A stretch of DNA of 64,000 bases from an uncultured Muribaculum sp. (GTDB lineage Bacteria; Bacteroidota; Bacteroidia; Bacteroidales; Muribaculaceae), in NCBI GenBank assembly GCA_964637445.1, contig CAZWWS010000001.1:29004-93003 (forward strand). Reading direction: 5' to 3'. Of the stretch, positions 8,584 through 17,651 are shown piece after piece (the stretch's first letter is position 1; the number at the start of each line of letters is the position of its first letter). The position numbers and the translations under genes were made by a program. The notes below the pieces were generated by a model. The model made no database searches and was not told where the DNA came from. It saw only the letters and a list, made by a program, of their open reading frames with translations.

Positions 8584-11352
8584 GTGGAAATAAAGGTTAC
8601 AAAGGTGCAAGTAATTAAGATTATAACATTCTGTATCGCATTAATATTTACTCCTGCTGTTTGGGCGGGTAAATTGCATATTATAGTAGTAGAAAAAGCC
8701 GAATCGGAAAAGCCGATAGAATTTGCCGGTGTTTCATTGGCAAATGAAAATTTACATTATGGCGGGTTGACTGATGAAGAGGGGCAAATATGGTTGGAAA
8801 TTCCTCAAGGCAAGTGGAGTGTAACTATCTCTGCTGTTGGATATAAGAAGTCAAATATTGAAGTTGCGCTTCATGGTGATATGTCGGTGGTTGTTCGGCT
8901 TGAACCTTCTATCAATCAGATCGCCGAAGTTGTTGTCACTGCGCGTGAATCGCAGGGGGCTACGAGTGCTTCTATAATAGACGGGGCAGCAATGGAACAT
9001 TTGCAACCATCGAGTTTTACTGATTTAATGGAACTTCTACCCGGTGGAGTATCGAAAGACCCGGAAATGGGAAGTGCAAATATTATAAAATTAAGACAAG
9101 CTGATAATGTTGGGGCTACTGATTATAATACGTCGTCATTAGGAACTTCGTTTGTTGTGGATGGTGTTCCGATTAACACTAATGCCGGAATGCAGTTTGT
9201 GTCAACTAATTCTGAAAATGAAGAGCGTTCGGTTGTGGGAAAAGGGGTTGATATGCGAGCCATATCAACCGATGATATAGAAAGTGTAGAGGTAGTGAGA
9301 GGTATCGCTTCGGTGGAATATGGTGAATTGACAAGTGGATTGGTGAATATAAAACGAAAAAAAGGAGTTTCGAATCTTGAAGCTCGTTTTAAGGCTGATA
9401 TGCAAAGTCAATTGTTTTATGTGGGTAAAGGATTTGCTATGCCCGGAGATGATTGGACTATTAATGTTAGCCTTGATTATCTTGATTCTAAAGTTGATCC
9501 CAGAAATGCCAGAGAGAATTATAAACGATTGGATGGTTCTTTGCGTAGCAATAAGCAATGGCTTTACAATGGATATATGCTCACATTAAATTCGGCAATA
9601 AACTACACCGGAACGTTTGAACGAGATAAAAATGATCCGGATCTTACGATTAATAATACACGTGATTATTATACGTCAGATAATAATAGTTTGTCGATAA
9701 ATAACGTGTTTGTTTTGCGACGCCTAAAAGATGGGGGCTTTAGGAGTTTCACATTGACTCAAGGATTTAGTTATGCTTGGGAGAGATTGCGCCAAGAAAA
9801 AACGGTTGCAACTTCGCGAATATATCCATTGCCGATATCTACTGAGGCAGGTGATAACTATGTGGGGTATTTGCCGATGCTTTATGACGCAACCATGGAT
9901 GTGAAAGGAGATCCGATGACTGTCTTTGTAAAGGCGCAAGGGTTGTTTTGTTATGATGTCGGATTGGTCGACAATCGATTGAAGTTTGGTGGCGATTGGA
10001 ATATGAGTAAAAATTATGGTGAAGGAAGAGTATATGACCCAACTCGCCCGATAAGTCCCGATAATACTATGCGCCCTCGTACGTTTAATGATATTCCTGC
10101 CATGCATCAATTGTCGTTTTATGCTGAGAATGTATCGACTATTAATACGGGTAATCATCGGTTTGAGTTGATGATGGGGTTGCGTGAAACACAATTACTA
10201 AACTTGGATAAAAAGTACACGTTGCATGGTAAGACTTATTGGGATCCTCGTATAAATCTTCTTTGGCAATTGCCTGCATCTGATATAGTCGGTTATCCCA
10301 TGAAATGGGAATTGGCCGGTGGCTTTGGTTGGCACACAAAAATGCCGGTCGCAGCATATTTATATCCGGATCGATATTATTTGGATTATGTTCAGCTTAA
10401 TTATTTTCATAATGATGAAGCTTATAGAACTATGAATGTGCGTACTTATGTAGAAGATATGACGAATTATGAATTAAAAGCGGCGCGAAATTTTAAATGG
10501 GAATTACGAGGAGATGTGTCATATCGAGGAAATAGATTGTCTGTGACTTATTTTCGTGAAAATATGACTGATGGATTTCGACATTCGAGTATTGCGCGTC
10601 AGTTTGCTTACAATAGATATGATGCAACAGCCTATGACCCTTATGTGGAAAATAGAGCACCTCGATTGGAAGATTTGCCTTATGAAACGAGATATGAGCA
10701 TAAAGTTTTTGATACAATGACCAATGGAAGTAGAACTAAAAAGGAGGGTATAGAGTATACGTTCAGTTCTATGCGCTTCCCGGTGGTGCGTACTCGTCTT
10801 ACGATTTCCGGGGCTTGGTTTAGGACAACTCTTGATAATAGCCAACCCTTGTGGTATAAACCAACTGTGATACTTAATGGACGCGAAATGCAATATGTAG
10901 GTTTGTATGATGATAGTGATGGTCGAACGTACGAAAGTTTTAATACTAATTTTATGTTTGATACGGATGTGCCTTCGCTGAAATTGAATTTCTCGATAGC
11001 AATTCAAAATATGTGGTATACAAAAAGTCGTACGCATTGGAAAAGTGGGATTCCTGTAGCTTATATGGATATTGATGGAAATGTATATCCCTATACTGAA
11101 GAGTCATTATCAGATCCTTATTTGCAGCATCTTGTACGAAATTATACTGATGGGGCATTTCAAGAGAGAAAAATCCCGGTTGCCACAAACATAAATTTTA
11201 AGGCGACAAAGAAAATATGGCAAGATCGTATCGGAATAGCTCTATATGTCAATCGGTTGTTGAGTATTTTGCCCGACTATGAGTATGGAGGTAAAATACA
11301 GCGTAGATATGCTTCTCCTTATTTTGGTATGGAACTAAATTTTAAGTTATAA
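8584..11352 (+). CDS. TonB-dependent receptor with N-terminal carboxypeptidase-regulatory-like domain
   Basis: The 922-aa protein has a signal peptide (...FTPAVWA), a transthyretin-like domain (GKLHIIVVEK...VVVRLEPS), a plug (EVVVTARE..., IESVEVVRGIASVEYGELTSGLVNIKRKKG) and a long beta-barrel. No SusD gene follows. The GTG start is the only in-frame option besides a GTG at ~8605. Confidence 0.9.
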   Translation: MEIKVTKVQVIKIITFCIALIFTPAVWAGKLHIIVVEKAESEKPIEFAGVSLANENLHYGGLTDEEGQIWLEIPQGKWSVTISAVGYKKSNIEVALHGDMSVVVRLEPSINQIAEVVVTARESQGATSASIIDGAAMEHLQPSSFTDLMELLPGGVSKDPEMGSANIIKLRQADNVGATDYNTSSLGTSFVVDGVPINTNAGMQFVSTNSENEERSVVGKGVDMRAISTDDIESVEVVRGIASVEYGELTSGLVNIKRKKGVSNLEARFKADMQSQLFYVGKGFAMPGDDWTINVSLDYLDSKVDPRNARENYKRLDGSLRSNKQWLYNGYMLTLNSAINYTGTFERDKNDPDLTINNTRDYYTSDNNSLSINNVFVLRRLKDGGFRSFTLTQGFSYAWERLRQEKTVATSRIYPLPISTEAGDNYVGYLPMLYDATMDVKGDPMTVFVKAQGLFCYDVGLVDNRLKFGGDWNMSKNYGEGRVYDPTRPISPDNTMRPRTFNDIPAMHQLSFYAENVSTINTGNHRFELMMGLRETQLLNLDKKYTLHGKTYWDPRINLLWQLPASDIVGYPMKWELAGGFGWHTKMPVAAYLYPDRYYLDYVQLNYFHNDEAYRTMNVRTYVEDMTNYELKAARNFKWELRGDVSYRGNRLSVTYFRENMTDGFRHSSIARQFAYNRYDATAYDPYVENRAPRLEDLPYETRYEHKVFDTMTNGSRTKKEGIEYTFSSMRFPVVRTRLTISGAWFRTTLDNSQPLWYKPTVILNGREMQYVGLYDDSDGRTYESFNTNFMFDTDVPSLKLNFSIAIQNMWYTKSRTHWKSGIPVAYMDIDGNVYPYTEESLSDPYLQHLVRNYTDGAFQERKIPVATNINFKATKKIWQDRIGIALYVNRLLSILPDYEYGGKIQRRYASPYFGMELNFKL

Positions 11353-11372
11353 ATCAATTGATAATTAAACAA

Positions 11373-12575
11373 ATGATAAAGAAAATTAAACTTTTGCTTA
11401 ATATGCTGCCGATGTGTGCCTTTGCGATGCTGACATCATGCATTGATGATAGTGGGAGTGAACAATACTATCGATTGTCAATCGGTGGGGTGTTGCCGGA
11501 TAATGCAGTTCTAAAGAGTGGAAAGATTGTTTATACGGAACTAAATACAGGTGATATTTATACTCAATCACTCCCTCAATATGATGCCCATATGTTACCA
11601 AATGGTATATATGATATTGAGGCAACAGGGGATGTGGAAATTTCGGAAGGAGATAATGTTACAACCAAACATGTTAGAGCTTTGGCTACGTCGGTTTCAG
11701 TGATGAATGATATGTCGGTCGAACTGAATTGGTTTTTCTTTAATCCGACTAATAGTCTTGTTTTTGGCGAGTTTTATTTCACCGGCTCATTGAACGCAAA
11801 AGGTACGGGAGGCATTAGAGATACCTACATAAAAATATATAATAATACGGATGAGGTGCAATATGCCGATGGTTTGGCTATATGTGAGTCGGCATTTGTA
11901 AATGCCAAAACAAATACATTTGAGATTTTGACAGAAGCAAATAACCGTAATGTTAATTTTACAGCGGGAACGGTATGGGTAATCCCCGGGAATGGTACAG
12001 ATGTGCCTATTCTGCCGGGTGAGTCAATAAAAATTGTAGATCAAGCTATTGATTGGGGGGCTGAAGTCGCCGGCGGTTTGAATCATACTGATGCGGATTT
12101 TGAATGGTGGGATGATAATAAGCAAGATAATGATGTCCCGACGACTCCAAATCTGGAGAAGTGGTATTGTTATTCGTTAAGTATTTGGGTTCCCTCGAAT
12201 CAGTGTAATCGTTCTTACGCGTTAGTGCGTTTCCCCGAAGGGATGAATGTCGACAAGTTTCTTGCCGAGCAACATGGACCATACGACTATATTAGTGTGA
12301 TTGGTACTGAAATGAGAAATGAAAAAGCGTATCTTATTTCTAATGATTGGATTATCGATGGTGTAAATCTTGGAACTCGACAGAGTTATGTCAGAGGCGC
12401 GTTGAGTGAGTCAATAGATATGAGTTATGCTCCGATAAGCGATATCGATAGAGATCCGGCTCGATTTGGGTATAAATATGTTCGAAAAGTCGCAACTGTA
12501 ACTGCCGATGGACGAAAGGTATTGATGGATACAGATGATTCGGCTTCGGATTTCATACTTGAAAATGCAAATTAA
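11373..12575 (+). CDS. surface-type lipoprotein, DUF4876-like (lamin-tail-like segment)
   Basis: The lipobox is AMLTS-C with an acidic +2..+8 stretch (IDDSGSE). The LTD-like motif is FGEFYFTGS...DTYIKIYNNTDEVQYADGLAI. The start is set at the ATG (MIKKIKLL...), while the track starts at TTG 11358. The family name is from memory. Confidence 0.6.
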   Translation: MIKKIKLLLNMLPMCAFAMLTSCIDDSGSEQYYRLSIGGVLPDNAVLKSGKIVYTELNTGDIYTQSLPQYDAHMLPNGIYDIEATGDVEISEGDNVTTKHVRALATSVSVMNDMSVELNWFFFNPTNSLVFGEFYFTGSLNAKGTGGIRDTYIKIYNNTDEVQYADGLAICESAFVNAKTNTFEILTEANNRNVNFTAGTVWVIPGNGTDVPILPGESIKIVDQAIDWGAEVAGGLNHTDADFEWWDDNKQDNDVPTTPNLEKWYCYSLSIWVPSNQCNRSYALVRFPEGMNVDKFLAEQHGPYDYISVIGTEMRNEKAYLISNDWIIDGVNLGTRQSYVRGALSESIDMSYAPISDIDRDPARFGYKYVRKVATVTADGRKVLMDTDDSASDFILENAN

Positions 12576-12579
12576 GCAA

Positions 12580-14109
12580 ATGAAAAGATGCTACGTGATT
12601 GTGTTGATTTTGATGGCTGTTGGAGTGTCTGTCTCTGACGCTGAGTCTCTTGATTCTGCATTAATCAATGCAATAGAAAGTCGAAAATCGCTAGTAAATG
12701 ATTTGGTGTCGTTTCCTTACGATGCTAATCCTGCAGCGATGTATTTTCGTTATGATTACTCTCTTACTCGGTTGGCTGTTGCCGGACGTTATAAGCATAG
12801 CAACACGTCGGAGGTCGTGCAAGAGGGGAGTGGATATGCTCTTGCTGAGATTGGTGTAGATACATATCTTAGGATGAAAACTGATGCTGTGGTTTGGGGT
12901 AATGCATCGTTTACGACAGGCACAATTCGCGATGTGAAGTGGTGTAGTCCTGCCGATTATGAGCGACTATTTCCATATGTAATCGGTGATTCAGTCGGAG
13001 GAAATAGAGCTGTGCGACAGTATGCTTTCGGCGGTGGTTATTCCCGACGAGCCGGGCGGTGGACGTGGGGTGCCGAGTTGGATTATATCGCTGCAATTTA
13101 TTACCGCAACAGTGATCCGCGAATAAAAGATGTTGTATCTGATTTGTCTATAAATCTGGGTGTGACCTATGCTTTAAATGATAAATATAATTTGGGCGTT
13201 GCTTCCGGATTGGCTATTTATAATCAAGATTGCGATGTGGAGTTTTATAATCCTATGAACGATATTTTTGAATATGCTATGACAGGGTTAGGAATGACCT
13301 ATACACGCTTTAATGGCAGTGATAATCCTGCATATAAAGGCATTGGTTACAACGTAATTATGCAGTGTATATCAAGTAATGGTTTGGGATTGAATGCCAC
13401 TATCGGTTATGATCATAATCAAATGCGTCAGATATTAAAAGACAACAATCACCTTACTTTGACTTCGCTTGCTTCTCATACTTTTAATGGGGTATTCGGA
13501 TATACGTCTAAAATTGGAAACGTATTGGTCGGCGCTGTCGCAGATGCTTCGTGGCAACGCCGTATCGGAACGGAGCATTTATATGGTTCGAGCGAAAGCA
13601 ATATTTATCCGGAAATTGGAACACGCGATCAGTATTATAATGATAAAGTAAATATTGTATTTACAATTCCTATTGAGCTACGTCCGACAAGTGATAGTAG
13701 AGTTGCTATATTGCCCGGATTGGGTTACTTATATAGTCACGAGCATTATATGCGACCAATTCGTGATTTGGAAATGCAACGTTATTATCCCGGAATAAAA
13801 ATAGATTATAGTTGTAAGACATCTTCAAAAACATTAATTGGAGCGGTTGTCGGTGGAGAATTTGGATTTTCGGAAGTGATGAATCGTCGATTGACCGGTC
13901 TTGATCCTCGCTCTTCTATCGGTCAAATGGTTAATTATAATTTTGATATGTTGACTGCTGATACCGCAAAGTTGCATCTGGGGCTGTCGCTTGATCAAAT
14001 AATAGGTCATAATACATCATTGTTTCTCGACTTGTCCTACGACTATCTTCATTATTCAACTTTTGGTTTGTCTCATTATGCTACAGCAAGCGTTGGTTTG
14101 AAATTTTGA
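12580..14109 (+). CDS. outer-membrane beta-barrel protein (DUF6850-like)
   Basis: It has a signal peptide MKRCYVIVLILMAVGVSVSDA, alternating hydrophobic beta-strand periodicity and a C-terminal ...ASVGLKF OMP-type end. Alternative ATG at 12565. Confidence 0.6.
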   Translation: MKRCYVIVLILMAVGVSVSDAESLDSALINAIESRKSLVNDLVSFPYDANPAAMYFRYDYSLTRLAVAGRYKHSNTSEVVQEGSGYALAEIGVDTYLRMKTDAVVWGNASFTTGTIRDVKWCSPADYERLFPYVIGDSVGGNRAVRQYAFGGGYSRRAGRWTWGAELDYIAAIYYRNSDPRIKDVVSDLSINLGVTYALNDKYNLGVASGLAIYNQDCDVEFYNPMNDIFEYAMTGLGMTYTRFNGSDNPAYKGIGYNVIMQCISSNGLGLNATIGYDHNQMRQILKDNNHLTLTSLASHTFNGVFGYTSKIGNVLVGAVADASWQRRIGTEHLYGSSESNIYPEIGTRDQYYNDKVNIVFTIPIELRPTSDSRVAILPGLGYLYSHEHYMRPIRDLEMQRYYPGIKIDYSCKTSSKTLIGAVVGGEFGFSEVMNRRLTGLDPRSSIGQMVNYNFDMLTADTAKLHLGLSLDQIIGHNTSLFLDLSYDYLHYSTFGLSHYATASVGLKF

Positions 14110-14133
14110 AAAAAATATTAACATTTATATGAT

Positions 14134-15033
14134 ATGACTATAGAAAATGAATCAGTAATTTCTGTCAAAAATCTCACTCAGCGATATGGTACCGGGAGGG
14201 TGATATATCAGAATCTGAGTTTTGAAGTGCCTCGCGGTCGTATTCTTGGATTGCTGGGCAAAAATGGTACAGGAAAGACTACCACAATCAATATATTGAT
14301 GGGGTATCTTCGTCCACAAAGTGGCGAATGTCGCATCTTTGGCGAAGATATTACTGCAATGTCTCCTGCAACACGTGAGCGGATTGCTTTATTGATAGAA
14401 GGTCATGTTCAGTATTCATTTATGACGATTGAACAAATAGAGCGTTTTTATGCAAAGTTTTATAAGAAATGGAATCGAGATGCTTACTATGAATTGATGC
14501 GTAAATTGCATGTATCGCCTCGACAGAAAATATCTACGATGTCGTGTGGGCAGCGTTCACAAGTCGCATTGGGGCTTATCTTGGCTCAGAATGCCGATTT
14601 GCTTGTACTGGATGATTTTTCGTTGGGATTAGACCCCGGCTATCGTCGTCTATTCATTGAATATTTGCAAGAATTTGCAAAAGCGGAAGAAAAGACGGTT
14701 TTTATGACTTCTCATATCATCCAGGATATGGAGCGTCTGATTGACGATTGCATAATGCTTGATTATGGAAAAATTCTTACTCAAATGCCGGTAACGCAGT
14801 TGATGAGAGAATTTGGACGATATACTTATATTGCCTCAGAACAATCTACGTTGCCTCAAGCCGATGGTCTCATTAATCCGAGTCGAATTAAAACGGATCA
14901 TGAGGTTTATTCTTTTAAGGGAGCTGACTATGTAGAGGCTCAATTACGAAATCAAGGTATTGAGTATTCCGATTTTAAGCGTACTGATATGTCGTTGGAA
15001 GATGCTTTCATCGGACTTACCGGAAAATATTAA
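14134..15033 (+). CDS. ABC transporter ATP-binding protein (ABC-2/exporter type)
   Basis: It has Walker A GKNGTGKTT, an atypical signature MSCGQRSQ, Walker B LLVLDD, H-loop TSH and a ~80-aa C-terminal accessory domain. Confidence 0.92.
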   Translation: MTIENESVISVKNLTQRYGTGRVIYQNLSFEVPRGRILGLLGKNGTGKTTTINILMGYLRPQSGECRIFGEDITAMSPATRERIALLIEGHVQYSFMTIEQIERFYAKFYKKWNRDAYYELMRKLHVSPRQKISTMSCGQRSQVALGLILAQNADLLVLDDFSLGLDPGYRRLFIEYLQEFAKAEEKTVFMTSHIIQDMERLIDDCIMLDYGKILTQMPVTQLMREFGRYTYIASEQSTLPQADGLINPSRIKTDHEVYSFKGADYVEAQLRNQGIEYSDFKRTDMSLEDAFIGLTGKY

Positions 15034-15716
15034 TGATAGAGAATATGACGAAAGCAATATTTTATAAAGAATGGTTGAAGACACACCGAGTATTTTGGGT
15101 GGCATTTATTGTGTCTTTATGTTTCTCGCTCTATGCCGTAGTGAGTATGAACAGGGTTGCAACATTGAAAGGTTGTGATCATATATGGCTTATTATGCTG
15201 CTGAAAGACAATACTTTTATCGATGTAATAAAGATGGTGCCGTTGGTGGTTGGAATTGCATTGGGCGTTGCTCAGATGGCTCCCGAAATGTCGCAGAAAA
15301 GGTTGAAGTTGACACTCCATCTGCCATATCCGCAGATGCGTTTGGTGGCTATGATGTTGTTGGTCGGTATCACCGAACTATTTGTGATTTATATCGTCCA
15401 ATTGTTGACTATAGCTATCTATGATATGCAAATTCTTGCTTCGACTTTGGTCGGGCGTGTGGTACTTACATCATTGCCATGGTACATTAGTGGAATTAAT
15501 GTTTATATGATTACTACTGCAATTTGCCTTGAAGGAACTTGGCGCCAACGTGTCTTGTTGGGGTTGCTCGGGGTAGGAGTTGTCTCATTCTATTATATGC
15601 AACCGGCTCCGGAAGCCTATAATTCGATACTTTGGCTATTAGCTGTTATTGCGTTAGCATCATCGTTATTGGCGTTTCGTTCGGTAAATCGGTTTAAGGA
15701 GGGCCGTCAAGATTAA
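15033..15716 (+). CDS. ABC-2-type membrane permease
   Basis: The 227-aa protein has ~6 TM segments. Its ATG overlaps the ATPase stop (TAATG). Confidence 0.7.
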   Translation: MIENMTKAIFYKEWLKTHRVFWVAFIVSLCFSLYAVVSMNRVATLKGCDHIWLIMLLKDNTFIDVIKMVPLVVGIALGVAQMAPEMSQKRLKLTLHLPYPQMRLVAMMLLVGITELFVIYIVQLLTIAIYDMQILASTLVGRVVLTSLPWYISGINVYMITTAICLEGTWRQRVLLGLLGVGVVSFYYMQPAPEAYNSILWLLAVIALASSLLAFRSVNRFKEGRQD

Positions 15717-15719
15717 AAA

Positions 15720-16949
15720 ATGAAAACAATCTCGCGAGTATTTATTGTCGCATTGTCTATCGCTGTTCTCAGTTGGTTTCTTCCGTGGTTATATTCGTTT
15801 ATGTTGCCTGATGGTGGAAATGAACCATATTTGGCATATTCTCCGATTGCCGACAGATGGATCGTTTCAGAGACCAACGATGATAAACAGACAGAGATAT
15901 ATGACCTTGCTGCCGATGGCATTTCGAAAGGCAATATTTATACAAAGAATCAAAGGGACTCGTTGCTGCCTCAGATGTTTTATACTCAGTTGCTCGCTCG
16001 CGAACAACTTGATGATACGATTTGTGGTATAGAGGTATCTCCACGAGTTTTCAAAACCACTTCATTTGTCTTTCAATCATCTCCAAGAGATATTAATAAA
16101 GTTTTGGCTGAAGCTTATCCGATAATGGAGTCGCTTCCGGTCAGAATTGAATTGGAAGATCCTACCGATGTTATGCTTATTGATAGTGGCGTAAAAATAG
16201 TAGATATGACTACCAATGAGGAGAAGCCTAAAAGTAGCGCAAGGTTTACAAAGATATTTGCTGATCGTGGTTTTGTATATCCGATGACTGATTTTAGTGC
16301 TAATATCACAGCTCGAAAAGCCTACGATGAGGGTTATTTGATGGTCGATGCCGAAGGTGCTGTTTATCATGTTAAGCAACAGGCCGGACGACCTTATATG
16401 AAGCGTATCGTTTTACCCGAAGGTGTAAAAGCAAAAAAGGTGTTTGTCATGGAGAATGTCGACCATCGCAATCTTGGTTTTATAATTGATACCGATAATC
16501 ATTTATATGTTTTAGCTGCAGGTTCTTATGACTTGACATTGTTGCCTGTTGATTTGTATAATCCACAAGCCGATAGGATTGTCGTGATGGGTAATGTGTT
16601 TAATTGGACTATTCGGATAACTAATGATAATGGCACTACGTGGTATGCAATTAATAATGCCGATTATCGTTTATTAGGTAAGTACTCTTATTCTTATGAC
16701 GAATCGTTGTTAGCTAAAATCGAAGGGTATATATTCCCATATAAACTATCCTTTACGTCTATGTCTGATTCACTCGCATATCCGCGTATTGAATCTGTCT
16801 CATGGTTGGCATTGGTTCTTAATTTGATATTAGCTGTTGTTATATTTGTAGTGATGCGGCGTCAACGTCGTAAGGCTCTTATTTCATCTGTAACTACAAT
16901 TGTATTTGGACTCTTCTCGTTTATACCAGTTATATTATTAAAAGATTAA
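15720..16949 (+). CDS. membrane protein, DUF4857-like (1 N-terminal + 2 C-terminal TM around a ~330-aa soluble domain)
   Basis: The 409-aa gene starts 3 nt after the permease stop. The TM segments are VFIVALSIAVLSWFLPWLY and, at the C-terminus, WLALVLNLILAVVIFVV / TIVFGLFSFIPVILL. The family name is from memory. Confidence 0.55.
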   Translation: MKTISRVFIVALSIAVLSWFLPWLYSFMLPDGGNEPYLAYSPIADRWIVSETNDDKQTEIYDLAADGISKGNIYTKNQRDSLLPQMFYTQLLAREQLDDTICGIEVSPRVFKTTSFVFQSSPRDINKVLAEAYPIMESLPVRIELEDPTDVMLIDSGVKIVDMTTNEEKPKSSARFTKIFADRGFVYPMTDFSANITARKAYDEGYLMVDAEGAVYHVKQQAGRPYMKRIVLPEGVKAKKVFVMENVDHRNLGFIIDTDNHLYVLAAGSYDLTLLPVDLYNPQADRIVVMGNVFNWTIRITNDNGTTWYAINNADYRLLGKYSYSYDESLLAKIEGYIFPYKLSFTSMSDSLAYPRIESVSWLALVLNLILAVVIFVVMRRQRRKALISSVTTIVFGLFSFIPVILLKD

Positions 16950-16978
16950 TCATTTATCAACTAAAAATTTTTATCAAA

Positions 16979-17572
16979 ATGAAAAAGTCAATTAAATTTT
17001 TTGCAGCGATAGCTGTTGTGGCTATGTCGCTTACATCTTGTGGCGGCTCAAGCAAACAAGAAGCTGCTACAACTGATTCGATTGCTGCTATCTCTGTAGA
17101 TGAGGTGCTTGCCAACCCTGACTCATTGGTCGGACAAACCATCACTATCGAAGGCGTATGTTCTCACCTTTGCAAGCATGGCGGTAAGAAAGCTTTTGTG
17201 CTTGGCTCCGGTGATAGCCAACTCCTCCGTTGCGAGTCTACTCCCGAAATGGGTGGCGCTTTTAGCAAGGAAGCTATTCACAAACCTATTTCTGTGACCG
17301 GAATCCTTCGTGAAGAGCGCATAGATGAAGCTGCGGTAAAGCGTATGGAAGAGCAATATGCCAATCAAGAAGCCGCAGTGGATGCTACCACTGAGGCAGC
17401 TGTGGGTTGCGATACCGAACGCCAAGCTCGCGGTCAAGCAGATATTACTACCATCGAAGAGCGTATGAGAGATTATCGTATTCGTATTGCTCAGCGAGAT
17501 TCAATCGAAGGCAAACCCTATTTGTCGTTCTACTATCTTGAATCGAAATCTTACGAAATCCTCCCTGAATAA
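16979..17572 (+). CDS. lipoprotein with Cys/His cluster (CSHLCKHGG)
   Basis: The lipobox is SLTS-C. The motif is EGVCSHLCKHGGKKAFV, with further Cys at LLRCES and VGCD. It is the last gene before the terminator. Confidence 0.7.
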   Translation: MKKSIKFFAAIAVVAMSLTSCGGSSKQEAATTDSIAAISVDEVLANPDSLVGQTITIEGVCSHLCKHGGKKAFVLGSGDSQLLRCESTPEMGGAFSKEAIHKPISVTGILREERIDEAAVKRMEEQYANQEAAVDATTEAAVGCDTERQARGQADITTIEERMRDYRIRIAQRDSIEGKPYLSFYYLESKSYEILPE

Positions 17573-17594
17573 TTTCGTATAATTATCAATAGCA

Positions 17595-17628
17595 GTGCGC
17601 CCATCGATCGCGAGGTCGGTGGGCGCAC
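17595..17628. terminator. bidirectional hairpin between convergent genes
   Basis: The perfect 9-bp GC-rich stem GTGCGCCCA...TGGGCGCAC lies between the operon end (17572) and the sdaA stop (17652). Confidence 0.6.
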
Positions 17629-17651
17629 ATTCTTCATGTATATTGCCAATT

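Noticed and set aside
9265-11188. Multiple minus-strand ORFs inside the TonB-dependent receptor gene.
   Set aside because: They are antisense shadows of a 922-aa ORF with clear plug and barrel motifs.
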